This document shows, in pieces, positions 8,957-18,021 of a DNA stretch of 64,000 nucleotides. This DNA comes from a virus. Below the pieces are notes generated by a model, which did not search any database, was not told where the DNA came from, and saw only the letters and a list, made by a program, of their open reading frames with translations. Numbering within the stretch: the first letter of the stretch is position 1; each line of letters starts with the position of its first letter. Location: the IMG/VR virus record IMGVR_UViG_3300008255_000111, positions 40,953 to 104,952 of that record; one strand, written 5' to 3'. Both the position numbers and the translations under genes were made by a program.

Positions 8957-8971
8957 CTCACCTTGGGGAGA

Positions 8972-9277
8972 CTAGGCGCACTCGCGGTCCTCGACATCCT
9001 CGCGAGAGAAGCCCGCTTGGCCGTCCACGAAAGTGAACACCGTTGTTTCGCCCGAGCTGAAGTTGTTATAGCCAAGCGACACTTGGCCCTCGCCATCACG
9101 ACGCGTCACTGTTGACTCGGGCTCGTCGCACCATTCCCAAGCTGCGGTTTCTTGGGACTCAAGATCGCCGCGCCCTCCATAGTAGCGGCAGGGCTGCCAA
9201 GTGAACGCGGGGAGGTGGAGGAGGAGTGAAACAAGCTCAAGCGTCGTCATCTTCGTGTACTGCATCATCGTCTCCAT
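8972..9277 (-). CDS. hypothetical protein
   Basis: 101-aa ORF downstream of the promoter-like motif at 9312-9339. Confidence 0.6.
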   Translation of the reverse strand: METMMQYTKMTTLELVSLLLHLPAFTWQPCRYYGGRGDLESQETAAWEWCDEPESTVTRRDGEGQVSLGYNNFSSGETTVFTFVDGQAGFSREDVEDRECA

Positions 9278-9311
9278 TTAGGGCGGCGTGTTGGCCGCCG
9301 TTGATGTTTAG

Positions 9312-9339
9312 ACTTTGGATCGACTACCAAGTAGGTCAA
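9312..9339 (-). promoter_or_regulatory. promoter-like TTGACC-N16-CAAAGT
   Basis: Same -10-like hexamer and spacing as 15854-15881. Confidence 0.4.
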
Positions 9340-9370
9340 CCCTAAAAACGACGCTGAGCGTATTTTTTCC

Positions 9371-9721
9371 CTAAACCTGTTCCAACAGCATCAAGAGCGA
9401 GTCAATGACTGTCTTGACGTGTTGGCGGGCCGCTTTCTGAGCGTGCCTTAGCGCGTCGTGGACACTTTCTTCGTCGCTTGTTATCTCGTAAGAGGTCGTC
9501 AGCGTCCTGCCAACAAAGTCCACTAAGACGCCATAGCACTTGAGATTCCTCGACGCGGGCCAGACACGGATCGAGAGCATCGCGAAGGGCACCACCTTGT
9601 TAAAGTGGTAGGCTGCCCTCATCACGTCGTCATCCCAATGCTGCTCAGTCACCTGCCAGTCACTCAGGTCTTCTGGTAGCGCTCTCTTGGCGTCGTCCGC
9701 CACACTCTTTAGCTCAGGCAT
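9371..9721 (-). CDS. hypothetical protein
   Basis: 116-aa ORF, translationally coupled to its neighbour. Confidence 0.65.
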   Translation of the reverse strand: MPELKSVADDAKRALPEDLSDWQVTEQHWDDDVMRAAYHFNKVVPFAMLSIRVWPASRNLKCYGVLVDFVGRTLTTSYEITSDEESVHDALRHAQKAARQHVKTVIDSLLMLLEQV

Positions 9722-10139
9722 CTTTACTTCTCCAGTTGAAGCTGTATCGCCAGAAGCGGCGACTTTTGTGAGGATGATTGCTCACAACAAAGCGGCGCCA
9801 GCCGTCTTTGTCGATGGGCACCGTTACCATATCCACAAAGAAGCCATCATCATAGTTTTGAAGCGCGATGCTATCCACATAGCCGCGCTCGGCCCTAAGC
9901 CAAGCCCAAGCGAAAGAGGATGCGTCGGCATAGGGACATCCTTGTTTGGTGGCCGCTTTGATGATCGTGACCAGACCCTCAAACCGGGGGAAGGCCCGGT
10001 AAACCCTGTGCGGGACAGGCAGGTAAGAGCGCTTGTACCAGTGCAGGAGCGCCCCGCCCATGTCGCAGTCTTCTATCGCCCTGTCCCAGCCCGCGTCGTA
10101 TTCAAGATCCCATTTCTGCTGCTGCGTCAGCTCATCCAT
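9714..10139 (-). CDS. hypothetical protein
   Basis: 141-aa ORF, coupled. Confidence 0.65.
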   Translation of the reverse strand: MDELTQQQKWDLEYDAGWDRAIEDCDMGGALLHWYKRSYLPVPHRVYRAFPRFEGLVTIIKAATKQGCPYADASSFAWAWLRAERGYVDSIALQNYDDGFFVDMVTVPIDKDGWRRFVVSNHPHKSRRFWRYSFNWRSKDA

Positions 10140-10369
10140 CAGATCCCCCCTTTTTCAAACCATTCTATTAGAAACGCTTCGCGCTCGATCCACATAGCTA
10201 AGTGGTAATCGTGAGCGCTTACCATCTCTCCAGTAGGACCAAACGGCACCTCAAGACCCAACTCACGCCCGCGCAATACAAAATCGCGAGAAAGATTGCG
10301 CGACCAAATCATGAGATCGATCAACTCATCAACGGATATTTGCTTTTGCTCGGTCACACCACACCTCAA
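10139..10369 (-). CDS. hypothetical protein
   Basis: 76-aa ORF, coupled. Confidence 0.55.
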   Translation of the reverse strand: MRCGVTEQKQISVDELIDLMIWSRNLSRDFVLRGRELGLEVPFGPTGEMVSAHDYHLAMWIEREAFLIEWFEKGGI

Positions 10370-10746
10370 AGCGGCAGTTTGACTGATAGGTGCTTGACCT
10401 CGGAGTTGAACGAGATCACCGAGCTGAACTGGTCGATCGGTCGCTCAAAGGCGCAGGTCAAAGAATCCCTCACAAGGCGCGCCATTTTGTCTGTGTGGGG
10501 CGCGGGCATCGCAAGGATACCATCGTCGAAGAACATCGCCTCAACGCAATCTGAGAGCATCTGGAGGCGATTCTGAGCTTGGTCAGGGGTGAGCCCGATC
10601 AGCTCAAGCTCTCCACGCATCTTGTAGTCGCCCGTGTCCGCCTGATATTCAATGCGGCGCCACAGCGCTCGAAGGTTGAAGCGCACCCCTGCACCATGCT
10701 CACTAGGCATCTCGAACTGATACAACTTACCCACGTCACACCTCAT
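10366..10746 (-). CDS. hypothetical protein
   Basis: 126-aa ORF, coupled. Confidence 0.6.
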   Translation of the reverse strand: MRCDVGKLYQFEMPSEHGAGVRFNLRALWRRIEYQADTGDYKMRGELELIGLTPDQAQNRLQMLSDCVEAMFFDDGILAMPAPHTDKMARLVRDSLTCAFERPIDQFSSVISFNSEVKHLSVKLPL

Positions 10747-11257
10747 CGTTAAAGGTCATCTTGTCGATCTCTCTCATGCGCCTGTACTCCTCAAGCGCTT
10801 TCTTTCGGGCTGAGTAAGACACTCGGTCAAAGATCAGAATCCCCTGAAGGTGGTCGAACTCGTGCTGAGCGATGACCGCCTCAACGCCAGAAAGCCTGTG
10901 CTTGATCGGCTCCCCCTCGGGGGTAAACCCCTCCAAGGTGATCGACTTGTGGCGCCGGATGCTCAGCTCAACGCCAGGGATGCTCAGGCACCCCTCGGTC
11001 CCAACCCGCACACCATAGCGCGAGGTGATCGATGGATTGACCACCATCAACTCGCCGCCGCTGCCAGTGATGATGCGCATGACGAACATCGCCACGTTAT
11101 GCCCCACCTGCGGAGCAGCGAGGCCCAGGCCGCCATTGTTGTGCATCAGCCCAACCATCTCAGAAGCGATCTGAGGCAGATCCAGCTCACCCGAGAAGTT
11201 CGCCTTGGCCACCTTGGTCTTCAAGATGTCGTTCGGGAACATGACAAGATCCATCAC
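10736..11257 (-). CDS. def: peptide deformylase
   Basis: All three PDF motifs are present: GLGLAAPQVG, EGCLS and QHEFDHLQG. Confidence 0.95.
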   Translation of the reverse strand: MMDLVMFPNDILKTKVAKANFSGELDLPQIASEMVGLMHNNGGLGLAAPQVGHNVAMFVMRIITGSGGELMVVNPSITSRYGVRVGTEGCLSIPGVELSIRRHKSITLEGFTPEGEPIKHRLSGVEAVIAQHEFDHLQGILIFDRVSYSARKKALEEYRRMREIDKMTFNDEV

Positions 11258-12107
11258 TTTCTCCTAAGCGCAAGAGATCAGCGCGCAAGCCATAGTAGCG
11301 CAGCTTGATCAGTTCATTGGTTTGACAGGGCAGTGACCAGCACAGCCATGACTTAGACTTCCACGCCAACGACAAGAAGTCCAATGTCCCGCTCTTTTTT
11401 ATTTTGCCATCCCAGAGCGCGACAAACGCGTCCACATGCTTGATCATCGCCCTATTTCGGACTGGTCCGGCTGACAGGTCAAGGTTGCCTTCCTCGTCTC
11501 TCCACTTGGCAGGGTGATCGATGGTGAGGATGCCCATCAGCTCGCCCCAGCGCTTTCCAAGAAGATCGGTCCCCTCGCAGGCCCCGTGGTGGAGGGTGCG
11601 CCAAAACCAAGGCGCCTCGCTCAGCGCACCATGCACCTCCTTATAGTCGGTCAGCGACCTTGAGCCGCTGATCGCTCCGTTCAATGGTGCGTGCCCATAA
11701 AGGCGACGCTCCACGAGCTGCGCGATGAGAAGGTTGAGCCACATCTTTGCTTGGACAGGCCCCGCCTCACTTGCCACAGACGCAAGCTCAGCGAGTACAT
11801 GGCCATGACACGCCTTGGGCTCGCAGAAGCAGCCCAAGCGCTTATCAGCCAGCTCACCAACTTCTTGCCAGAGCTTCTCGCGCTGAAGGTGCCCCATGTA
11901 GAGCAAGATGCACAGCTCGCGATCCCCATCGCAGTCCTCAAGCCTGAAGGGGTTGGCCCATTTGTTAGGAGGCTCACCAGCTCGCGAGCGCCCTATGTAC
12001 TGATCAAAGGGTTGCTTATGGTGAAGGTTCACAACAAAAGCGTGGGCAGCTTCCAACTGCCCACGCTTAAGCCCGTGATGACTCAGAAGATCATCCAGAA
12101 GGCTCAT
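11187..12107 (-). CDS. DUF4326 domain fused to a SLOG (YspA/DUF2493-like) domain
   Basis: N-half YIGR...KWANPF...LGCFCEPKACHGHVL; C-half ISGSRS...HHGACEGTD...AGPVRNRAM...ALWDG..KSGT. Confidence 0.8.
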   Translation of the reverse strand: MSLLDDLLSHHGLKRGQLEAAHAFVVNLHHKQPFDQYIGRSRAGEPPNKWANPFRLEDCDGDRELCILLYMGHLQREKLWQEVGELADKRLGCFCEPKACHGHVLAELASVASEAGPVQAKMWLNLLIAQLVERRLYGHAPLNGAISGSRSLTDYKEVHGALSEAPWFWRTLHHGACEGTDLLGKRWGELMGILTIDHPAKWRDEEGNLDLSAGPVRNRAMIKHVDAFVALWDGKIKKSGTLDFLSLAWKSKSWLCWSLPCQTNELIKLRYYGLRADLLRLGESDGSCHVPERHLEDQGGQGELLG

Positions 12108-12118
12108 GCCAAGTCACC

Positions 12119-12880
12119 TCAGTTCGCTTCAGGGCTGTCAAGGGCCGGAGAGAGAACACCACAGCCATCATGGATCTCAAAAGGCTCCCAAGCGTAGCCG
12201 TCCTCGTCTTCGGTGTCGCTCGGCTGGTAGCGATAGCGCGCCACACACTTCACGAGGTAGGGGATCATGTCATCGTCATGCCATTCCGTCTCGCCATAGT
12301 ACAGGTACTTGGAGGGCGCGGCGAAGCGATGCAGACGCCAGGGGATCTTGACCGTCTCAAAGACATGAAGATCGACAGGCTCGACATCGTGCTCGAAGTC
12401 GTAAAGATACTGCTCAAAATCCCGCACCGCTTCCCTGATCGTCGTGCCACGAGCGCAATCATCGAGGTCTTCAACACCAAGGTTTGCGACGAGCGGCCCA
12501 GGCTCGACCTTTACCCTATCCAAGATGTCATCGACCAAGGGGTTTCCGGCCAAAGCAGTCAGCGCCTTACCAAGCCCTGTCGAGAGCAGGTCTTGTTGCT
12601 TGAGGTGCCTGTGCATGAGCAGCAGCATGTCATTAAAGACGCTGAAGACATCCTCATCGACGCCGTTACTGCCCCCTTTAAGCGGCTCGCTGTGCTGCAC
12701 AAGCAAAGAGCCGTGCTTGTCCACAAAGTCATAGGTGAAGCGGCATCCACCTCGAAGGAGCTGCCACTGAAGGAACAGGCCACGACCTTCCATCGAGAAG
12801 TCGTCCAGCTCGTTCGCAGGGGTAGTGACGGGCGCCCCAATGAGCGCGGCGAAGTTTCTCACAAGTTCAGCACTAGACAT
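12119..12880 (-). CDS. hypothetical protein
   Basis: Track ORF 12119..12946; start moved to ATG 12880 from the AGGAG RBS. Confidence 0.7.
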   Translation of the reverse strand: MSSAELVRNFAALIGAPVTTPANELDDFSMEGRGLFLQWQLLRGGCRFTYDFVDKHGSLLVQHSEPLKGGSNGVDEDVFSVFNDMLLLMHRHLKQQDLLSTGLGKALTALAGNPLVDDILDRVKVEPGPLVANLGVEDLDDCARGTTIREAVRDFEQYLYDFEHDVEPVDLHVFETVKIPWRLHRFAAPSKYLYYGETEWHDDDMIPYLVKCVARYRYQPSDTEDEDGYAWEPFEIHDGCGVLSPALDSPEAN

Positions 12881-12894
12881 CGGGTGTTCTCCTG

Positions 12895-12910
12895 CTGCAA
12901 TCGATTGCAG
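12895..12910. repeat. 16-bp palindrome, copy 4
   Basis: Exact match. Confidence 0.95.
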
Positions 12911-12932
12911 TTGGGTTGGGGAGGTCGATCCA

Positions 12933-13529
12933 TCACTCGGCAACAACCTCGGGCTCGATCATCAAGTGAGCCATGCGGCTCATGTAGTAGGACACTTTGT
13001 CTTCGTCGGTCTTCTCGTGGCGGCGCTGGAGCTGGCGCTGAAACTCCAGACCGTCTTCGCTCCTGACTTGAAACCACCTGATGTCAGCCAAGCCAGCGAA
13101 GATGAACACGTCGTCATCCTGCGAGAGCAGCCGAGCATTTTCAGCGGCCAAATCCTCAGCGGTGGGGGCGTCGTAGAACAGGTGAACCAGATCGCCCTGG
13201 ACGCCGATAGCGGCCCCAGAACAGTACCCATGCACAGCGACCTGCTCGAAGTATTGAGCGAGGCCGAGCTTGATCTCATCACGCGTCTTGTCCATGCAGA
13301 CCATGATCTCAAGGCGTCGGCCCTCGTCAGCATTGACCAGCTCGCGACTAAGCTGCTCGACGCCCATCAGGCACTCAAGCGCGCTCAATCCACGATCCAC
13401 CTCGACTATGACCACAACGGGCTCGGGCTGGACGATCTCATCGTCGGCTCCCTCGGCATAGGGGGCAGGGTTAAAACAAGCGCTCAGCAGCGCAGCAGCT
13501 AGAACGGTGAGCATCTTGACGGTCTTCAT
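12933..13529 (-). CDS. putative lipoprotein
   Basis: From ATG 13529: MKTVKMLTVLAAALLSAC, a signal peptide with a lipobox; GGAG RBS. Confidence 0.65.
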   Translation of the reverse strand: MKTVKMLTVLAAALLSACFNPAPYAEGADDEIVQPEPVVVIVEVDRGLSALECLMGVEQLSRELVNADEGRRLEIMVCMDKTRDEIKLGLAQYFEQVAVHGYCSGAAIGVQGDLVHLFYDAPTAEDLAAENARLLSQDDDVFIFAGLADIRWFQVRSEDGLEFQRQLQRRHEKTDEDKVSYYMSRMAHLMIEPEVVAE

Positions 13530-13682
13530 GGCGTTTTCTCCAGGTCCAAGTTGTTGATTTTCAATGACGTTTACGATTGCCGCCTTGCAATCGTTCGATA
13601 CAATCAACCTAACGGATAGACCAAAGAAAGAAAGCCTCATCGACTTATTAACTAACGCTGATGGTGCTTTTTCCACACCGAG

Positions 13683-14507
13683 CTAAAACAGCGACACTTG
13701 CCCGCGCTCATCTATCTGGTAAGACACTGGAGGCTTGTCATAGGCGCTTGGCGGTGCGGGGGCGGCTCCCCAAGGCACATAGAGCATGAAGTTGGCCTTA
13801 GCACAGACCAGCACAGTGTGATCAATGTCCTGGCCGGTCAGGTGTAGAGCATGGTTGCCCGCCACCATAAGCGTTCGCCCTGTGCCGACGCACGGGTCGC
13901 AGACCTTGACATGCACGCCAACGTCGAACATGCCCATTTTAGCCATGCACTTCACGACCTCCATCGGAGTCGGAAAAAACGCCGTGGACGACTTGCCGTG
14001 GCCGCTCTCACTCAAGAGCGCTCCAAAGTAGTCGTAGGGCGCTCCGATCATGAGGTCCAGGCAGAACGTCTGATATAGCTCCTCGTGAAGCCCCTGCGTG
14101 ACATCAGCGGGCGGATGAGGCGTTCTGGAGTCAAGGCTCCAACTGATCCACTCGGCCAAGATGGGGACGGTTCGCGAGGCGCTGTAACCATACCTACTGC
14201 CGATTGCATCGAGACAACTCCTCAGCATCCCAATCGTCACATCGCAGGGCGACGACAAGAAGTCAATCTGCGGGATCTCTTTGATGCTGGCGACCGTGTT
14301 ATCACCAAGGTGCATGAGCCACCACATCCATCGACCCCATAGAACGTCGTCGAGCTGGAGCAAGAACTCAAAAGCCCAACCTGCACCATTCTCGATGCGC
14401 GGCGCGCTCGGGCATGGCAGGACCACCTTGTTAGGCTTCCACGACCGTCTGAACATCTCAAAGGATGCTTTCATGATGACACCTGCTTCAAAAATGGCGT
14501 CCTGCAT
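13683..14507 (-). CDS. N-6 DNA methylase-like protein lacking catalytic motif IV
   Basis: FFPTPMEVV, DPCVGTGRTL and GQDID...AKANF; the ORF ends without NPPF/Y. Confidence 0.7.
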   Translation of the reverse strand: MQDAIFEAGVIMKASFEMFRRSWKPNKVVLPCPSAPRIENGAGWAFEFLLQLDDVLWGRWMWWLMHLGDNTVASIKEIPQIDFLSSPCDVTIGMLRSCLDAIGSRYGYSASRTVPILAEWISWSLDSRTPHPPADVTQGLHEELYQTFCLDLMIGAPYDYFGALLSESGHGKSSTAFFPTPMEVVKCMAKMGMFDVGVHVKVCDPCVGTGRTLMVAGNHALHLTGQDIDHTVLVCAKANFMLYVPWGAAPAPPSAYDKPPVSYQIDERGQVSLF

Positions 14508-14531
14508 CGTCGATACAGGACGCCATTGAGA

Positions 14532-14927
14532 CTAAACGCGGTTGGAAGCGTAGGGCAGCGGCGGCATGATTGTTGCTGTGCGCCTCCAGCGAGGCAGCGG
14601 CCCGCCTCCACGAGCTTGACCTTGCGGCAGCAGCTCAGGTCGGGTGAAGCGCCGGACGATCTCATCGTCAAAGCTGCGCGCGAGCATGAGGTGATGCTTT
14701 TCGCTCATGGGCTGACCATCGACCACGACGCGATAACCAAGGTGGTAAGCCTTCATGATCTCGGCATCGGTGTAGTCGAAGTGCGCCATGATGGCGACAA
14801 GATCGAAGGGCTCAACGCCCACAACACGGCCACTAAGCGCTCCCCCAGCGGTGAAGTAGTCGTAGAGCGCCACGGTGAGCGCATCCCGAACACTGACGTA
14901 GAGTCCATCAAGATAAGTCGAAGCCAT
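14532..14927 (-). CDS. hypothetical protein
   Basis: Track ORF 14532..14984; likely start MASTY after a GGGAG RBS. Confidence 0.55.
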   Translation of the reverse strand: MASTYLDGLYVSVRDALTVALYDYFTAGGALSGRVVGVEPFDLVAIMAHFDYTDAEIMKAYHLGYRVVVDGQPMSEKHHLMLARSFDDEIVRRFTRPELLPQGQARGGGPLPRWRRTATIMPPLPYASNRV

Positions 14928-15552
14928 CAGATTCTCCCTTGAGAAAGGACCGAAGGTAAAAGCAAGGCGACCTGCCCACACCATCCTCGGGTCGTTTACG
15001 GTCTTTGATCAGGAAGTCGCGCTCCTCGGGAGTGAGCGATGCCACCCAAGAGAAGCCACGACTTGTCATCCAGACATCGGCTCGGATCAACACTGGACCA
15101 ACATCAGGATCAACGTAGAGCACACCGCTTAATCGGGCGCCATGATGCAGCATGACAAACCCTTTGGGCTGGACATGCAGGAGCTTTTCACTAAAGGCCC
15201 GCGTCGGGTCCGCCCCTGGAAGGCTTCCAGATAGCACAGTGCGCGCCTTGTGAAGCGGCGCGCTGTGAAAGCCACCTGTGGCGCCTCGTTGAATGAGGTA
15301 GATCCCCTCACGCGGGGCGCCAAAAGACTTGCGAAGGACAAAGTATACCTTCTTGCCAACGCGAAAGTCCTTCAAATCAGCCTGCTTGACTCGCTGCTTC
15401 TTATTAACTACTGGCGGCACGCGCTCATCGAGCTTGATCAAGTGCTGGCCGCCGACCTTGAGACAAAGCCCAAGGCTCGTCGTATCCTCTAACTGAGCAC
15501 CTGCTCGCAGCTCCCATTGAGAGCCTGCGGCAACTGCCTCGTAAATCTTCAT
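14908..15552 (-). CDS. hypothetical protein
   Basis: Track ORF; likely start MKIYE at 15552. Confidence 0.6.
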   Translation of the reverse strand: MKIYEAVAAGSQWELRAGAQLEDTTSLGLCLKVGGQHLIKLDERVPPVVNKKQRVKQADLKDFRVGKKVYFVLRKSFGAPREGIYLIQRGATGGFHSAPLHKARTVLSGSLPGADPTRAFSEKLLHVQPKGFVMLHHGARLSGVLYVDPDVGPVLIRADVWMTSRGFSWVASLTPEERDFLIKDRKRPEDGVGRSPCFYLRSFLKGESDGFDLS

Positions 15553-15553
15553 A

Positions 15554-15781
15554 TCACCACTCAATTCGGGGCTCCTCAAGGGAGTACCCGAAGAACTCGT
15601 AGGGGTCGTCCAGCATGAGCGCGTCCTCATCGTCCATGTGCTCATCCATGACACAAGAGTGACAGGTGAGGCCGAGCTTGCCCTTATAAGCGCGCGTCAA
15701 GCGCTTCATCGGAAAGCCGCAAGAGGCGCAGATCGTCTCCTTCCTCAACTTCACCGTCTTAAGCTCGTGCTGCTCAGTCAT
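15554..15781 (-). CDS. small zinc-finger-like protein
   Basis: CASC...CHSC; AAGGAG RBS. Confidence 0.6.
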   Translation of the reverse strand: MTEQHELKTVKLRKETICASCGFPMKRLTRAYKGKLGLTCHSCVMDEHMDDEDALMLDDPYEFFGYSLEEPRIEW

Positions 15782-15853
15782 TTTCTACTCCTTCGCTGCC
15801 GCCTTTATTTGGCGGGTGTCGTTTGAGTCGCTTCGATGTGAAGCGATAAGATG

Positions 15854-15881
15854 ACTTTGAGCGACACTAGCCTTGTGGCAA
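15854..15881 (-). promoter_or_regulatory. promoter-like TTGCCA-N16-CAAAGT
   Basis: Upstream AAAAAAACGACA tract, as at 3115. Confidence 0.45.
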
Positions 15882-15904
15882 GGGGAAAATGTCGTTTTTT
15901 TGAT

Positions 15905-16336
15905 TTAAAGGACTGTCACGTCAAAGCCCGAGTACCTGACGGCCCGAGCCTCGTCATGACAGATCACTGTCTCAATGCAAGAGACGCCTTGAGCGCTCTC
16001 TCTTACGTCGTCGAGCGCTCGCTTGATGGATGAAGTGTTCAGCTCACCTAGCAGTCTCGTAGCGGCGCTGAGCGCGCGTTCACGACTGATCTCACGGCCT
16101 TCCACCTGACTCTCAAAGAGCGTGGTCAGCGCTGTGATCATCAGCAGACCCAAGCTAAAGCTCCCGGCCAACTTAATCACTGCGTTAATGAGCTGCGCGA
16201 TCTGATCGCTCGGGATCTGGTAGGTGTTCCATCGATCTTCATGGTCAACGGAGGGCATGACAAGAAAGAGCGCGTCATCGTCCATGTAAAGGAACGGCCT
16301 GCGCTCCAATTCAGGCGTGGTCATCTCAGACAACAT
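15905..16336 (-). CDS. hypothetical protein
   Basis: 143-aa ORF. Confidence 0.6.
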   Translation of the reverse strand: MLSEMTTPELERRPFLYMDDDALFLVMPSVDHEDRWNTYQIPSDQIAQLINAVIKLAGSFSLGLLMITALTTLFESQVEGREISRERALSAATRLLGELNTSSIKRALDDVRESAQGVSCIETVICHDEARAVRYSGFDVTVL

Positions 16337-16354
16337 ATAAGCACCTTCAGCGGA

Positions 16355-16870
16355 TTATGTGCGTGACAGCATTACCCTATCCCAAAGCTCACTGCGTGAA
16401 CAAGCAAACAGAAGCGGCCTAAGATGCTCTCCAGTAAGCTCTTTGTGAAAGTAGCGCAGATGTGCGCAGCGACGATCGCTGCTCTCAAGGAAGGCGAAGG
16501 TTGACTCACCATGCGATTCATGGAGGACGACCGATTCCTCAAAGAACTTGCCGTCTGATGACTTCGCAACGTTGATGCGCGCGGCCACAAACTTTGTGAT
16601 GTCGAACGCGACACCCTCAAGAGGATACCTTGAGGCGAAGCTGGGGAAGTCGGCCCGGCTCTTGACAAGCTCTTGGCCTTTGCGCCAGCGCTCGCGGAAA
16701 TCTTCGGCGTCGAACAGCAGCGCGTTGGGCTGGTCAACCAGCGCTGACCCAAACACTGCGATCATCGTTTTGTCATAGGGCGGGTCAGTCAGCTCGATGA
16801 CTTCAGGGTGGATCGTTCCCACCTCGCTTGAGGTGGTCGGCGGATTCAGAAAGAGCGTCGGGGTCTTCAT
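16355..16870 (-). CDS. hypothetical protein
   Basis: 171-aa ORF. Confidence 0.6.
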   Translation of the reverse strand: MKTPTLFLNPPTTSSEVGTIHPEVIELTDPPYDKTMIAVFGSALVDQPNALLFDAEDFRERWRKGQELVKSRADFPSFASRYPLEGVAFDITKFVAARINVAKSSDGKFFEESVVLHESHGESTFAFLESSDRRCAHLRYFHKELTGEHLRPLLFACSRSELWDRVMLSRT

Positions 16871-17126
16871 CGGGTTGAACCTTTACTATGGGTTGAATAT
16901 AGACTCGATATTTAACGCGGGACGTGCCGGGCTCTGGGAACTCCCCATGAACCCTAACAACGTGGAAAGGGCCGCGTCCTCCTAGACTTACGAAAGACCC
17001 CACGGGAGGCAAGAGGCCAAGACCTGCCGTGGTAAAAAAAATGCTGTGAACGATGGTGCTTGTCTTCGCGTCCACAAACTCAAGAACCAGATAGGCTCCC
17101 GCCTTTACCGTTTCTAACTCGTCCAC
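16803..17126 (-). CDS. hypothetical protein
   Basis: 107-aa ORF with an AGGAG RBS. Confidence 0.5.
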   Translation of the reverse strand: MDELETVKAGAYLVLEFVDAKTSTIVHSIFFTTAGLGLLPPVGSFVSLGGRGPFHVVRVHGEFPEPGTSRVKYRVYIQPIVKVQPDEDPDALSESADHLKRGGNDPP

Positions 17127-17243
17127 CCTTTACTCCTTTGGTTCATAGTCGCGCTAACAACTCAAACCATAGTGCAAGTGCGGCCAGAAAACAGCTCAGA
17201 CAAGCATCGGGATGGTGGTTCGGGCAGGGGGAGGACTCAGCCT

Positions 17244-17975
17244 CTAGCGCGCCAGACCATGACGAACCAGCTTCGCTCGATAGGTGTTGAACATGCGCTC
17301 CTCATCAATCTGGGCGTCGCCGGGGATGGGGCGGTCGAACGACTGACCAAACTTGTCGATCAGCTTGAAGCGAGTCGCGCCAGCAGCTCGACACGTCTCC
17401 ATCAGCTTCATGTCAAAGATGACATCTCCAAGGTCTTTGTTCTCGGGCTCCAAGTACAGGGCAAGCTCCATGTTCAACTCGTAGAAGATAGTCGTGCCAT
17501 CAAGCCTGCCGCTGAGGCGCCCGTCTGTCCTCTCGCTCACCTTGTTCAACTGGCGAGCTGCTTCAGCTCTAAAGACTTCTCTAAGGGAAGCCTTATCCAC
17601 GTCGTTACAGGTCTTGATCACGCCGTATAGGCGCTTTTTATAGTCATCCTTGCTCGGCCACGAGTAGAGCTTGGCGTTGATCTTGTAGAGGTCGGCAGCG
17701 GCCCCCATTTCATCAGCCTCAAACCAACACGTTGCCGCTGTGGCATCGTTTCGGATCATAAGGTAAGCCTCGGCCTTGCGCAGCGTTGACTCAGTTTGAG
17801 CGTCTGGGCTCGGTTTGGGGTCGTAGAAGCTGATCAAGAGGACCGCCAAAGCGAGCGCTCCCAAGATGAGGGCGATCATCGCCGCACGTCTACTTTCAGC
17901 TCTGGCAAGACGCCTCTCAATGAAGGACAGACGGTCTACTGAGTCCTGAATCTCTCGATCTGAATCTGACATCAT
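17244..17975 (-). CDS. membrane-anchored hypothetical protein
   Basis: Hydrophobic segment AMIALILGALALAVLLISFY near the N-terminus. Confidence 0.7.
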   Translation of the reverse strand: MMSDSDREIQDSVDRLSFIERRLARAESRRAAMIALILGALALAVLLISFYDPKPSPDAQTESTLRKAEAYLMIRNDATAATCWFEADEMGAAADLYKINAKLYSWPSKDDYKKRLYGVIKTCNDVDKASLREVFRAEAARQLNKVSERTDGRLSGRLDGTTIFYELNMELALYLEPENKDLGDVIFDMKLMETCRAAGATRFKLIDKFGQSFDRPIPGDAQIDEERMFNTYRAKLVRHGLAR

Positions 17976-18021
17976 CGTTCATCTCCTCCGAGGGCATCAT
18001 CGCCCCAGGCTCGGGTTGGGG

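Noticed and set aside
13585-14211. Half-sites TTGCAATCG (about 13585) and CGATTGCA (about 14201) as further palindrome copies
   Set aside because: Only 8-9 bp match, which is expected by chance.
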